From a virus: a stretch of 64,000 nt of DNA. The notes under the pieces were generated by a model. That model did not search any database. It saw only the letters and a list, made by a program, of their open reading frames with translations, and was not told the DNA's origin. Position 1 is the first letter of the stretch; each line of letters begins with the position of its first letter. This document shows, piece after piece, positions 37,275 to 48,094 of the stretch. Where the stretch lies: positions 1 to 64,000 of the IMG/VR virus record IMGVR_UViG_3300026473_000477; one strand, given 5' to 3'. The position numbers and the translations under genes were made by a program.

Positions 37275-39635
37275 ATGGCATTTTTAAAAGATGATGAAGA
37301 TTCTAATCAGACTCTTGGATTAAATAAACCAAATGATAATACCAAGCAAGATCAGGCTAATGCAGCTGATCAAGTTCAATTATCTACTCCTTCAGCTGTT
37401 TCATCTCAAGATGCTAACGCTAATGCGACTGGTCCACAAGCTATTCAAGCTAATCAACCAGCAAATCCTAGAGCCTCATCTGGAACATTTACAAATATCA
37501 AACAATACATTGATGCCAATAAAGGTAACAGAATCGCTTCTGCTACTTCTCAAAGGCTTCAAACAGCTACTAATCAAGCTCAACGTGGCGTATCTGATGC
37601 TCAGAAACAATTCTCCCAAAGAGTCGACACTGGAACTCTTGCCAATAGAGGTCAAGCAATTGCAGACATTAACGCAGCTGTAAATAAGGCTAAGAATGTT
37701 ACTGCTCTGCCAGCTGTTCAACCTCCGGTTCAAGCTCAACCATTATCAAATGAAGTCACTACTCCAGCTCCAACTCAACCAGTAGTTCAAGCTGCTAAAC
37801 AAGCTCCTCAATACATTGACGATGTTACTAAAAGCAGATTTGCTGATATTATTAATGCAAGATATACTGGTCCAGAATCTTTAAGACAAGCTGGATTATT
37901 TGACAAGGCTAGTGGACAAGTTTCACAAGCTCAAGCTTTACTTAATAAAACTGGTAATGCTCAAAACAGAACAAGTTTACTTAGAGATGTCTTTGCTCAA
38001 AATAGAGACTATAATCGTGGACAACAAGGACTTGATGCGTTACTTTTAAACACAGATAAGTCTGGAGTTCAGAGAATACAGCAACAAGGAAAGCAAGCTG
38101 GTGATTTACAAAGATCACTTGAGTCTGCCGACACTGAAGCTATAAACCTTGCCACTAACAGAGCCAATGAAGTTTCCAATATTAGAAAACAAGCCAGAGA
38201 TATATTTACTGGTGAGCAGAAAGGTTTAGAAACAGGAATAGAGAAGAGAATTGATGATTTGATTGTAACTCCAGCTAAGGATGCTTCAGGTAATCTTATT
38301 CCAAAATTGGATGCTACTGGTAAGCCGATGGTTGACGCTAGTGGTAATCCTGTATATCAAACTGAATGGGATAGAATCCCTGAATACTTTAAAGATGTAA
38401 TTAGAAATAAAGAAGCTAATAACAAAGCTTTAATTGATAAGAATGTTCAAGACATCACAGCTAATGAAATCAATCCAATAATTAATAGTGATGCTTATAA
38501 ATCAGCTTTGGCTGCTAAAAATAAGTTAGATCAAGTAACTCGACAGCTTCAAGATGCTGAGACTAACTTAGCTTTTTCGGGTGGATTTACAAGTCCATTT
38601 GATAGTACGATTTCAAGTCCAGGTCTATCTCAACAAGAGATTGATAACTTGAATAAACAAGTAGCCCAACTTAAACAACAACAGGCTGCTTTACAAGCTC
38701 CAGCTCAACAATTGGCAGGATTTCAAAACCAAATCAACGCAGCAAATGCTAAGATTGCTCAAGAGAAGCAGAGAAGTCTTAAACAGCTTAACCTTACTCC
38801 AGAAGAAATGGCTATATTAGGTGTTTCTAGTGGCGAAGGTTTATATAACCTTGGACAAGATGCTATCGCTCAGGCTAAAGCTGAAAGAGATAGACTAGTC
38901 ACAAGAGATGAACAGGCTAGACTCTTTGCGTTATCACAATTGGCAGGATTAGATCTTGACAAAGCACTCAAATCTGACGTATTATATAATGATTTGGATA
39001 AAGCTGGAACTCAGACATTAAACAGTTCTTTAGATACTCAGAAAATTAGAGATGTCTTAAATGCTGAAGAACAAGCTTTTAGAGAAATGGCTCAAGGTGC
39101 TAATATAACAGGTTTTGGTTCTAAGAAGAATAAGACTTCAGGTAAAAGGTATTATGCTGAACAATCTGCAAATCTTGGAGATATCTTAAAGAAAGCTGGT
39201 TATGACTTTAGTAAACCCCTTTCTACTCAAGTTGGAAATGCTGATATTATAAATGCATCTAACACAAGTAGAGATCAAGAAGGTGGATTGAAAGGGATAG
39301 CTGGTGCGATTGAAGCCAATAAAGAATTAGTTGATCCTAGTGGTAGGTCTGTTTTAGAAACTGCTATTAATTTAGGGCTTCCTCTTTCTGGACTTACAGG
39401 AGCGTTAGGGTTAGGTTCTATTGGTTCTGCTGTTACAGGTGCTTTAGGATTTGGGGGAGCTAATTCAAGAGCTTCCAAAGCTGATGCAAAACAATTTGCA
39501 ATTCAAGACTTGCAGAATAAAGTACAAAATGCAATAGCACAATCTGGATTTGAAAACAGAGTAAATACGACAAATGATAGTTTAGCAAGAGCAAGAACAG
39601 AAGCATTGAAAGAATTACTAAAAAGGCAAGGATAA
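37275..39635 (+). CDS. Putative DNA ejection / internal virion protein
   Basis: Q/A-rich helical protein with Gly-rich hydrophobic segment, podovirus synteny. Confidence 0.6.
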   Translation: MAFLKDDEDSNQTLGLNKPNDNTKQDQANAADQVQLSTPSAVSSQDANANATGPQAIQANQPANPRASSGTFTNIKQYIDANKGNRIASATSQRLQTATNQAQRGVSDAQKQFSQRVDTGTLANRGQAIADINAAVNKAKNVTALPAVQPPVQAQPLSNEVTTPAPTQPVVQAAKQAPQYIDDVTKSRFADIINARYTGPESLRQAGLFDKASGQVSQAQALLNKTGNAQNRTSLLRDVFAQNRDYNRGQQGLDALLLNTDKSGVQRIQQQGKQAGDLQRSLESADTEAINLATNRANEVSNIRKQARDIFTGEQKGLETGIEKRIDDLIVTPAKDASGNLIPKLDATGKPMVDASGNPVYQTEWDRIPEYFKDVIRNKEANNKALIDKNVQDITANEINPIINSDAYKSALAAKNKLDQVTRQLQDAETNLAFSGGFTSPFDSTISSPGLSQQEIDNLNKQVAQLKQQQAALQAPAQQLAGFQNQINAANAKIAQEKQRSLKQLNLTPEEMAILGVSSGEGLYNLGQDAIAQAKAERDRLVTRDEQARLFALSQLAGLDLDKALKSDVLYNDLDKAGTQTLNSSLDTQKIRDVLNAEEQAFREMAQGANITGFGSKKNKTSGKRYYAEQSANLGDILKKAGYDFSKPLSTQVGNADIINASNTSRDQEGGLKGIAGAIEANKELVDPSGRSVLETAINLGLPLSGLTGALGLGSIGSAVTGALGFGGANSRASKADAKQFAIQDLQNKVQNAIAQSGFENRVNTTNDSLARARTEALKELLKRQG

Positions 39636-39638
39636 TAT

Positions 39639-40631
39639 ATGGGAATTTTGGACACACTATTTGGAGGCGGTAACGCTGGTAAAAAAGAGGCTAAGGAAGC
39701 AAATCAAATCCTTAGAGATAATATTGCCAGATTGGAAAGAATCGGTATTCCAACTATTGAAGCACAAAAGATTGCTTTATCTGATCCAGAATTAGTTGGA
39801 CTATTAGAAGCTGAACAACTCGGACCATCAGCTTTAGAAGCTATTCAGCAAGACCCAAGACTTAGACAATCAGCTTTGAGATCATTAGCTGGAATTGAAG
39901 AGTTGGCTAAAACTGGATTAGGTGCTGAAGATAAACTCGCTCTAGATCAAATCCTAAGACAATCATCAGCTCAAGCTCAAGCTCAAAAAGAATCAATTTT
40001 ACAAAACGCTGCCAGTCAAGGTACGTTAGACTCTGGAAACGCTCTTATAGCTCAATTACAAGCTGGACAAGCTGCTGCTGATAGGCAATCACAACAAGGC
40101 TTACAAGTCGCCGCTAACGCTGCTGCTGCACGTAGAGCTGCTTTACTTAGCCAAGGTGATATGGCTTCAAGACTTAGCCAACAAGACCTTGGAGTTAAAA
40201 CTCAGGCTGCTAGTGCTAGAGATGCCATTAATCAATTTAATGCACAAAATAGACAGAATGTTGCTGCTTCTAATTTAGCTGCTAGACAAGGTATTTCTAA
40301 TCAAAAGACTGCCAATAGAAATCAAGAAGAAATTGCTAATAAATCTCTTATTCAGCAAAACTTCCAAAACCAAATTCAAAAAGCTGGTGGAGTTGCAAAC
40401 GCTTCAAATGCTTTAGCTAGTAATTTACAGAATCAAGCTCAGGCTGCTCAAGCTGCTGAACAAGCTCAAAGAGGCGCTATTATTGGAGCTGCTACTAATA
40501 TTGGAATAGCTGGAATTAAAGGTGGACTTTTTAGTGGGAGCAAAGCTGCTCCACAAACTGGTGGACTAGGGACAGAAATTGAGCCAGGTTCTATGGATGA
40601 ATATTATATGAAACAAGGCTGGAAGAAATAA
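39639..40631 (+). CDS. Putative DNA ejection protein (P22 gp7-like position)
   Basis: MGILDTLFGGG start, A/Q-rich, GAIIGAA segment. Confidence 0.6.
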   Translation: MGILDTLFGGGNAGKKEAKEANQILRDNIARLERIGIPTIEAQKIALSDPELVGLLEAEQLGPSALEAIQQDPRLRQSALRSLAGIEELAKTGLGAEDKLALDQILRQSSAQAQAQKESILQNAASQGTLDSGNALIAQLQAGQAAADRQSQQGLQVAANAAAARRAALLSQGDMASRLSQQDLGVKTQAASARDAINQFNAQNRQNVAASNLAARQGISNQKTANRNQEEIANKSLIQQNFQNQIQKAGGVANASNALASNLQNQAQAAQAAEQAQRGAIIGAATNIGIAGIKGGLFSGSKAAPQTGGLGTEIEPGSMDEYYMKQGWKK

Positions 40632-40632
40632 T

Positions 40633-41847
40633 ATGAAAAAATACGAAGATTTATTAAGTGCTTGGGATAAAATAAATGGTCAAACTGTAGAGATTCCATT
40701 TGCTCCAATTGAAGAAAAACCTCCAGTTGAGCAAGTTGAAGCTAAGCCAGTAATAGCTCCTAAGCCTCAGATGCCAACAATTCAGGCTCAGAATCAGGAC
40801 ATTGAAGATCAAGAAATGATCGACAATTCTCCAGTTGTTCAGAATATTCCAATGATGCAGTCAGCTCCTTCAAGATCTGAAAGCATAATGGAAGAATATA
40901 GAAAACTAGTGGACACTTCTAGTCAAGATTTACAGGATGCTAAAAATAAAGATTTAGCTATTAACCTTATTGGAAACTTAGGCGATAATTTAACGACTTA
41001 TTTGAATGCCGCTGGTGAGAAAGGCGCTAAGACTGGAGCAGGAGTTCAAAGAGGAGCTGGAGCTGCTGACTTTGCTTCTAAGTTGGCTGATGAAGCTGCT
41101 ACTCAGAATGCTATAAATAAGCAGAGAGTTGATGCTTTGTTGGAGCAATACAGACAAATGTCTTTGGGTGAAAGAGCTTTGATGGCGCAACAAAATCAAC
41201 AGAATATTGCTAGAGAAAGAAATCAAGCAATGCTAGATGCTGCGAGAGCAAGAGGTCAAGGATCTGGGTTAGCCGCTGATAGATTTAATTTACAAAAAGA
41301 ACAAATTGAATATAAGAAAATAGAGAATCTACAAAATGGATTTAACAAAGATAAGCAAGTAATAAAGGCAGAAGAAAGAATACAATCTGCGCAAACATTA
41401 AAAGAGTTGGTAAATGGTAATCCAATTACCCAAGAAGCAGCTAAAACATTTGCAGCAAAAGCATCCGGAGAGGTCGGAGCTTTATCTGATCAAGATAGGG
41501 CTGCTTACGGTGGAAGTAAAGCAATATTGTCTAAGTTAAATTCTGCAATAAATCAAGCTGCCACTGGTGAACTTACAGAAGAAAATAAGAAGTTTATGAA
41601 CGAACTTGCTGTAAAATTTGAACAAGCCGGACAAAGAGATCTTAGTGCTAGATTAAATCTATATACAAAACAGGCTTCAAAAAGAATACAGCTTCCAGAA
41701 TCAGAGATTAGAGAAATCATAAGACCAACTATTGACGAAATCCAGCCAGATAATACTCCAAGTACAATTATAAGACTTGATCCTAAAACTAATAGAAAAG
41801 TCGAATATGATGCTGTAACTAAAAAACCAATAAGGTATGTGGATTAA
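40633..41847 (+). CDS. Putative DNA ejection protein
   Basis: Helical, GEVGALSDQDR motif, synteny. Confidence 0.55.
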   Translation: MKKYEDLLSAWDKINGQTVEIPFAPIEEKPPVEQVEAKPVIAPKPQMPTIQAQNQDIEDQEMIDNSPVVQNIPMMQSAPSRSESIMEEYRKLVDTSSQDLQDAKNKDLAINLIGNLGDNLTTYLNAAGEKGAKTGAGVQRGAGAADFASKLADEAATQNAINKQRVDALLEQYRQMSLGERALMAQQNQQNIARERNQAMLDAARARGQGSGLAADRFNLQKEQIEYKKIENLQNGFNKDKQVIKAEERIQSAQTLKELVNGNPITQEAAKTFAAKASGEVGALSDQDRAAYGGSKAILSKLNSAINQAATGELTEENKKFMNELAVKFEQAGQRDLSARLNLYTKQASKRIQLPESEIREIIRPTIDEIQPDNTPSTIIRLDPKTNRKVEYDAVTKKPIRYVD

Positions 41848-41849
41848 TT

Positions 41850-43859
41850 ATGAAAAACGAACTACCTAAATTTGAAGATACAGTTGACGCTGATCAACTT
41901 CCTGATAATAACCAAAATCAAGACCTTCCTAGTTTTGATCAAACAGAAGATTTACCATCTTTTGAAGATACATTAAATCCTGAAGAGGCTTCTCAGCCAA
42001 AAGAATTAGAGTCTGGACTGAAGTCTATAGCTGCATATAAAGGTGCTAGTTCTGGTTTAAATCTGTTAGGTAAAACTTATGATACTATCACTAACAGAAT
42101 GGGGAAACTTACTCCAGACCAAAGAGATATTATTCGACAAAATCCTGAAGAATATAAAAAAGCTAGAGTATTTAAAGATACTCTTGATGATTATTTAAAT
42201 GTAGTTAAGAACCTAAGAGAATCCGGTGTAGATTATTCTAGAATAGGAAAACAATCATTATCCGGAAATGTTCAAGGAAGTGACGTAATTAAGGCTTTAT
42301 CTGATATTAAAGAAGCTCCGCTGGCAAATTTATTACCACAAGAAGATCCTCAATTTATAGCAAGAAATGCCAGTTTAAATCAATCTGAAAAAATATTGGC
42401 TAAAAAAGCAGAAATCGATAGTAAACTAAAACAATTATCAGAACTTGGAATTGAGTCTCCTGAAATAAATGCAGAAATTAATAAATTAAGTAAACAATCG
42501 GCTGATTTGTATAGTAAATCATTATCACCTATTCGACCAACGATCGAAGATTATTCTAAAGCTACAAACTTCCCAAAAGAAGTATTACTAGCAAATCCTT
42601 CATTAAAACAAAAAAGAATACAGAAAGAATTAGGGAATGTTTTAAGTTCTAACGTAGACTTCCTGAAAGGTACTGAACTTTCTTCTTTTGATGTTGCTGA
42701 TAAGTTGATACCATCTTATCAAGATCAAGTAAATTACAACAAAATGTTTGCTGATGAAACAACTAAGTTTAAAGCAGAGCAAGCTAGAAATGTCTCTAAT
42801 TTTTTAAAAAATCTACCGGGATCAGAAACCTTTAAGAGAGGTCAAGAGTTATCTGCTAGAGCGATAAAAGCAGAAAATACACTAGAAGAATTTGGAATAT
42901 CAATTGATGATAATGGTAATCCCTACGTAAAAAATCAAAATGCTATATCTAATATTTACAAGAAAGATAACGCTTCACAGATCAAAAGATTACAAGATGC
43001 TTTAGATGAAGCAGAGAAACTTAAACAAATTAAAACAGTTGGAGGATTTCTTCCTGACCAAAAGGTAGCAAATGTTACCAGTCCTTTAGCTAAAGAACTT
43101 CCATTAAGTGCTATTAAAGAAGTAGTTGAAAACTCTCCAGATTCTACATTGTCTAGGATTATTAAAACATCAGCAGGATTTTCTACAGCCGGTCCAACAG
43201 GAGCGATTGTAGCAAACACAGTAGCTCCTTCATCGACTAAAATACAAGAATTTTTAACTTTACTAGAAGCAAATAAAGCACTAAAATTAACAGGAAAAGT
43301 AGGTAAAAAATTAATACCAGCTTTAGCTGGAGGTGCTGTAGGTTTAACCGCTCAAGCCGCAGAAGAAGGTGTAGACTCTACTCCGACTGGTGCTTCTCCT
43401 ACTATGCCTGAATATTATAAAGAGAGAGGGGTAAAGGGTTTTGATGAGCAACAAAGATTAGCCGAAAATGCTAAAAAGAAAATAGAGAGAGAAGATATAG
43501 CTAATCAAATGGCTGGATTTAATAGAGGATTGATAAGTTCAGAAGAGATGTCTAGTTTATCTAAAAGATATAAAGAGCTAGCTCCAGATACACAAAAAAG
43601 ACCATTTAACCAAAATGCAATGATTCCTTTAGCACCAAAAGAAAGTACAAAAGCTTTAAATGTTCAAGATAATAAGGACACATTAGAAGAGTTATTAAAT
43701 AAGTTTCAAAATATGACTGACTCTAAAGCTGCTCAAGGACAAGCTGAAATCATCAATAAAGCCTTAAATGGAAGCGATAAAGAGAAAGCTGTGGCAGAAT
43801 ATCAGCTACAACAAAGTCCAGCTTATAGACAAGCTTTAGCCAAGAAGAAACAGAGTTAA
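41850..43859 (+). CDS. Putative DNA ejection protein
   Basis: N-terminal LPxF(E/D)xT repeats, synteny. Confidence 0.55.
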   Translation: MKNELPKFEDTVDADQLPDNNQNQDLPSFDQTEDLPSFEDTLNPEEASQPKELESGLKSIAAYKGASSGLNLLGKTYDTITNRMGKLTPDQRDIIRQNPEEYKKARVFKDTLDDYLNVVKNLRESGVDYSRIGKQSLSGNVQGSDVIKALSDIKEAPLANLLPQEDPQFIARNASLNQSEKILAKKAEIDSKLKQLSELGIESPEINAEINKLSKQSADLYSKSLSPIRPTIEDYSKATNFPKEVLLANPSLKQKRIQKELGNVLSSNVDFLKGTELSSFDVADKLIPSYQDQVNYNKMFADETTKFKAEQARNVSNFLKNLPGSETFKRGQELSARAIKAENTLEEFGISIDDNGNPYVKNQNAISNIYKKDNASQIKRLQDALDEAEKLKQIKTVGGFLPDQKVANVTSPLAKELPLSAIKEVVENSPDSTLSRIIKTSAGFSTAGPTGAIVANTVAPSSTKIQEFLTLLEANKALKLTGKVGKKLIPALAGGAVGLTAQAAEEGVDSTPTGASPTMPEYYKERGVKGFDEQQRLAENAKKKIEREDIANQMAGFNRGLISSEEMSSLSKRYKELAPDTQKRPFNQNAMIPLAPKESTKALNVQDNKDTLEELLNKFQNMTDSKAAQGQAEIINKALNGSDKEKAVAEYQLQQSPAYRQALAKKKQS

Positions 43860-43874
43860 TACTCAGAGGTCAAT

Positions 43875-44150
43875 ATGGAAAATAGACTTGATAAAATTGA
43901 GCAGAAATTAGACAAAATAGCCGAAGAATTGTCGGAAATTAATGTAACTCTGGCTGAACAAAACAAAGACCTAAAATACCATATTCACAGAACTGACCTC
44001 GCTGAAGATCACATAAAATTACTTGAAAATAAAATTACTCCACTGGATAAACACGTTACAATGATTGAAGGTGGATTGAAATTAATCGGAATACTTTCCA
44101 CTTGTGTAACACTACTGGCAGGGATTATCAAGATTATTAACCTAGTCTAA
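43875..44150 (+). CDS. Coiled-coil plus C-terminal TM protein (XhlA/holin-like)
   Basis: MENRLDKIEQKLDKI... with hydrophobic C-terminus; last gene of virion unit. Confidence 0.55.
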   Translation: MENRLDKIEQKLDKIAEELSEINVTLAEQNKDLKYHIHRTDLAEDHIKLLENKITPLDKHVTMIEGGLKLIGILSTCVTLLAGIIKIINLV

Positions 44151-44735
44151 TTCATCATTTAACATATCTTCCAAAACAATCTCCCAATTCTCCATTTCAT
44201 CGTGAGAATCATCTTCTTTATAAACTTCAATATTATCATTTAATTGGAGATGACAATTAACATCAGTTCTTCTTTTGTAATTATCCGACCTTAGTGTTTT
44301 CTGATCTTCGTAATCTGTATATAAGTTTCCAAGTGATTCACTAATTTTCTTAAATTCAAGCTTTTTCTTAGCTATTTTAGCTTCTAACTCTTCGTTTATT
44401 TTGCCTTTATTACACTTCTTTCTTTTCCAATAAGAATATTGACCGACTAGTGAGCGAATTTCTCTAACAATCTTTTTAGTGTCTTGATTGGAGTCAAAAG
44501 TATTGTGAACAGATTCTTTGTAAAACTTATCCAGAAAGTCTAATTCTTCTTGATTTAATGGACGAATGACGACATTTTCGTCATCATCCTTCACTCCATT
44601 AATATAAGAAGTTTCAATTTGACTTCTTCTGTAAGCATACGTTGAGTTTGAGTATAAATGGCTATACTTCTTCCTCTTTCCTGATTGTTCTTTTTGGGGC
44701 TTTTTTCCAGTTGGCTTGGTCATAGCGTTTAGCAT
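44142..44735 (-). CDS. Hypothetical protein (start uncertain)
   Basis: Long ORF overlapping upstream gene. Confidence 0.65.
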   Translation of the reverse strand: MLNAMTKPTGKKPQKEQSGKRKKYSHLYSNSTYAYRRSQIETSYINGVKDDDENVVIRPLNQEELDFLDKFYKESVHNTFDSNQDTKKIVREIRSLVGQYSYWKRKKCNKGKINEELEAKIAKKKLEFKKISESLGNLYTDYEDQKTLRSDNYKRRTDVNCHLQLNDNIEVYKEDDSHDEMENWEIVLEDMLNDELD

Positions 44736-45042
44736 CCTCTAATGTTTTTTCGCTGGTATCAAATAAGCCCTCTTTTAAAAGATAATAGCGTTGATTTTCA
44801 GTTCTTGTACTTGGAAACTTTGTGCTGAAAGTGGTAAAGAATGTTGTTTTCTTAGCCTTATTTCTAGCGTCTGGATTGTACTTCATTCTATAGTAGTAGA
44901 AGATCAGATAGTTGGGATATGCCACTAGTCCAGATTCTACATTCAAATCAGATATAAAATTAAGTACGTCTTTATTAAGCTTCTTTTCTTTCTTTTTATC
45001 ATTACCTTCAAGTGATCTTAGTAATTCCTCTACTGATGCCAT
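44662..45042 (-). CDS. Hypothetical protein
   Basis: SD AAGGA. Confidence 0.7.
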   Translation of the reverse strand: MASVEELLRSLEGNDKKKEKKLNKDVLNFISDLNVESGLVAYPNYLIFYYYRMKYNPDARNKAKKTTFFTTFSTKFPSTRTENQRYYLLKEGLFDTSEKTLEDAKRYDQANWKKAPKRTIRKEEEV

Positions 45043-45051
45043 AATTTATCC

Positions 45052-45822
45052 TTAAAAAGCTAAATATACTTTTCTCTTAGTGTTTTTGACTTCAATAAAC
45101 TCTTTACTAGTAGTAGGAATTGAGTTCTGTCCACGCTTAACTGAAAGAGGATAAGAAATTAACGGACATTTAGAATATTCTACAGTAAACGATCCAAAGA
45201 TAGTGGCAACTTCCTCTTTATAAGAAGATAGTAATGATTTATCACAAGTTACCAATACTACCAAATCAGCATTCTTTTTGTTTACAGCATCTTGCCCAAC
45301 TAACCAAAGCTCATTTGCAGTAGACTGTTGATAAGCTTTCTTGTCTTGCTTAATTCTTTTAGAAGCTCTTTCATTCATCCCATCAAGAACAGATTCAATC
45401 ATCTTAAGTCTTTCATTAAGTTCACCTGGAATTTGTCCAGACAGCCCTGTAACTGCTCCTCTATGTGACATTAATACTCCAGAAGGTATAATATAGCGAT
45501 TATCAAGCTCTTGAACAATTTGATAGCCCATTGAGGCAGCAAAGATTGTAACTGTATGTACAGGTCGATTTAATCCTTTTACGATGTCAATAAAATTATT
45601 ACCAGCAGAAACAGAACCTCCGGGAGTATTTAATACTAAATATAAAGGTGATTTGGGTGATAGATTGGATGATTTCAACATCAACTCAAAAGACTTCTTG
45701 GCAACATAAACATCTGACACAGCTTCGTTAAATACAATAGAATTATTTTCAGTAAGCACAATTCTTGGAGATTGAGCAAGTACTGATGTTGTAATTGTTA
45801 ATAATAATAGTAGTAGACGCAT
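45052..45822 (-). CDS. ClpP/crotonase-fold serine protease with predicted signal peptide
   Basis: LYLVLNTPGGSV, AASMG (Ser), MSH (His); ATG 45822 with SD GGAG gives MRLLLLLLTITTSVLA-Q. Confidence 0.8.
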   Translation of the reverse strand: MRLLLLLLTITTSVLAQSPRIVLTENNSIVFNEAVSDVYVAKKSFELMLKSSNLSPKSPLYLVLNTPGGSVSAGNNFIDIVKGLNRPVHTVTIFAASMGYQIVQELDNRYIIPSGVLMSHRGAVTGLSGQIPGELNERLKMIESVLDGMNERASKRIKQDKKAYQQSTANELWLVGQDAVNKKNADLVVLVTCDKSLLSSYKEEVATIFGSFTVEYSKCPLISYPLSVKRGQNSIPTTSKEFIEVKNTKRKVYLAF

Positions 45823-45883
45823 TAAATTCTCCGATGTATAGATAAAATAATATAATAGCACATAAATAAACTTATGTCAACTA

Positions 45884-46270
45884 TTATTTTCTTTCTTTTT
45901 TAATTCTAGCTCTTTCGCCATTTTCGTAAGCTGTTTTAACAAGGTGACATTCAGCACAGATATTTTGCCAGCCTTCCTCCATTGGAAACATTCTGTTAAT
46001 TGTTACGTTCCAATCATCAGACTCGCCTTCCAATGCTACAGCAGGATTTATGTGATCCATGTGCATTTTACCAGACTCAGCTTTAGGGTACTTAACTTTA
46101 ATAAAGTCAATATCTCTTTTTCCAGTATAAATCTGTCTGGAGCAAGTTTCACACTTCCAAAGCTCAGGTCCAATCTTAGACCTCTTCTTAGCTTTATTTC
46201 TCTCAGGATAAGAGAACGTAAGCTTTCTTAAAGCAAGAATAATCTTATATTTAAACTTCCGATCCATCAT
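45884..46270 (-). CDS. HNH endonuclease
   Basis: CETC...MDHINP...WQNICAECHLVKT. Confidence 0.85.
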   Translation of the reverse strand: MMDRKFKYKIILALRKLTFSYPERNKAKKRSKIGPELWKCETCSRQIYTGKRDIDFIKVKYPKAESGKMHMDHINPAVALEGESDDWNVTINRMFPMEEGWQNICAECHLVKTAYENGERARIKKERK

Positions 46271-46667
46271 CTTCTACTTTTTCAACTTTCTTCGGCTTCT
46301 TATCTTGTTTTACAGCTTTTTCTTTCTTCACTAGTACATCAACCTCTTTTGGTTCTGGAGTGATCTCAGAATCTTCATCTTTAGCTGGAGTAATAGTCAC
46401 AGTCTGCTTTCTTAGGATTGTTAGATTATAATCAGCTAATTGGTCAAATTCCTTAATCTGGGGAAGATTATAAAGAGAAGCTCTAAACCAGTCTCCAACT
46501 AATACTAAGTAAAGTGGACCATCTTCAGTTTCTCTACAAAGAGTACCGCTATTATTAGTTAATATAGTGGCAAACTTCGGGTTAATATATTCATGAGACT
46601 TTAACACTAAGTTATTATTAACGATATCATCAATTGTAACTTTTGTTGCTCTGACTGGCTTTGACAT
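46251..46667 (-). CDS. Hypothetical protein
   Basis: SD AAGGA. Confidence 0.7.
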   Translation of the reverse strand: MSKPVRATKVTIDDIVNNNLVLKSHEYINPKFATILTNNSGTLCRETEDGPLYLVLVGDWFRASLYNLPQIKEFDQLADYNLTILRKQTVTITPAKDEDSEITPEPKEVDVLVKKEKAVKQDKKPKKVEKVEDDGSEV

Positions 46668-46676
46668 AATATTCCT

Positions 46677-46952
46677 TTATTTGTTGATTACTTTCCTATA
46701 GCCACAACCTTTTGAACAAAGGTATAAATTGGCATGAGGTAACTCAGTTAATTTTACCTCAGATTCACATTCTGGGCAAGTTAATTTTGCACTAACTTTA
46801 GGCTTTTTTTCATTATTTGAAATATTTCCACTAGTTAGCTTGTCTAATTGTTTCTTTAAATTATTGACTTGTATTTCTAATTGACTGTTAATTTCCTCTA
46901 ATTCTTTAATTTTACGTTTTAGTTGAAACTCTCTGTCACTAGGTCTAGCCAT
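46677..46952 (-). CDS. Coiled-coil plus Zn-ribbon protein
   Basis: CPEC...CSKGCG. Confidence 0.7.
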   Translation of the reverse strand: MARPSDREFQLKRKIKELEEINSQLEIQVNNLKKQLDKLTSGNISNNEKKPKVSAKLTCPECESEVKLTELPHANLYLCSKGCGYRKVINK

Positions 46953-47035
46953 TATTTTCCTTTTTGATTAACAGGACACCAATCATTACCGCAGTTTACG
47001 TGGCAAAATCCGCAAGTATTTTGTTCATTTACCAT

Positions 47036-47479
47036 TTAAACTCCTGAGCTACCAAATCCATTACTTCCACGATTAGTTTCTCCCAAATCTTCAACTAAGT
47101 CAATCTCGATTTTAGGAATTGGAATAATTAATAACTGTCCAATTCTATCGCCAATATTGTAATAAATCGGAAATCCTCTTCTTTCTGAATAATCCTTATT
47201 CGTTTTAAACCTAAGTTTAAGCTCACCCACGTAGTTATTATCTATTATACCAATAGAATTACAAAGACTTAGATCATACTTGGAAATGCTAGATCTTGGA
47301 GCAATTATTCCAACATAGCCTTCAGGAATTTTAATTGCGATATTTGTACCATATTCAATGAAATCAAAAGTCAAATCCATAGAAGTTGCCACTAAATCCA
47401 AGGCGCAATCACCATCTCTGGAGTATTTTGGCAAAGATGTTTCAATGTTTTTATCCAGTATTTTAACTTTTACTTTCAT
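47036..47479 (-). CDS. dut: dUTP pyrophosphatase (trimeric)
   Basis: ALDL, PRSS, GIIDNNYVGE, RIGQL, RGSNGFGSSG. Confidence 0.95.
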   Translation of the reverse strand: MKVKVKILDKNIETSLPKYSRDGDCALDLVATSMDLTFDFIEYGTNIAIKIPEGYVGIIAPRSSISKYDLSLCNSIGIIDNNYVGELKLRFKTNKDYSERRGFPIYYNIGDRIGQLLIIPIPKIEIDLVEDLGETNRGSNGFGSSGV

Positions 47480-47754
47480 TTACTAAACCTATGATTATGT
47501 TTTTTCATACAAGCTTCCGAACAATAACAGACAGCTTTTCCAGAATTAGATTCTAATATAAAATATGGCGTTTGTAAATAAGAATATAATTTATATTGAA
47601 ATCTTCCACTAGTATTTTCAAATTGAAGATCAACTACTTTTGGTCTTTCTATTTCTTTCTTACATTTAGCGCATTTTACAACACCTCTAACTAAGCCACT
47701 AGTATTATTTCTTGGGAGCTGATTGGATAATTTACCTTCAATAATCTTTGACAT
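47476..47754 (-). CDS. Zn-finger protein
   Basis: CAKC...YCSEAC. Confidence 0.65.
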   Translation of the reverse strand: MSKIIEGKLSNQLPRNNTSGLVRGVVKCAKCKKEIERPKVVDLQFENTSGRFQYKLYSYLQTPYFILESNSGKAVCYCSEACMKKHNHRFSK

Positions 47755-47755
47755 A

Positions 47756-48094
47756 TTACTTCCTTTTGTGTAATCTTTTGAGGATTTGATCTGTTATATA
47801 GCTGATAAAATAAGCCTCTGGTTCGTCATTATCATGATCAAGCATAATACCCCTTGACTTAAATACAGCATTTTTGAAATGGATAAGTTCATGAAAGAAA
47901 TCAGCTGTGTGCATTTCCCTTAGCCAAATTTGGAAATAATGTCTACCTTCTTTGTCTTCAGTTTGCCAAAATCTACCATAAGCATTAAGAGGAACTTCAC
48001 CAATAGCATATTTCTCAAGTTTTTTGACATCAGAGCCTAAATGGAAAATGACGTTAATATTGTAAATATCAGCGAAGAATTTAATTGTTTTCAT
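47756..48094 (-). CDS. HExxH metallopeptidase-like protein
   Basis: FFHELIH...DEPEAY; start at ATG 48094 inside the upstream WRLD motif. Confidence 0.65.
   Translation of the reverse strand: MKTIKFFADIYNINVIFHLGSDVKKLEKYAIGEVPLNAYGRFWQTEDKEGRHYFQIWLREMHTADFFHELIHFKNAVFKSRGIMLDHDNDEPEAYFISYITDQILKRLHKRK

Noticed and set aside
10831-43219. Minus-strand and off-frame ORFs inside terL, portal, scaffold, capsid, fibre, tail and ejection genes
   Set aside because: Antisense or frame shadows caused by codon bias; no SD and atypical composition
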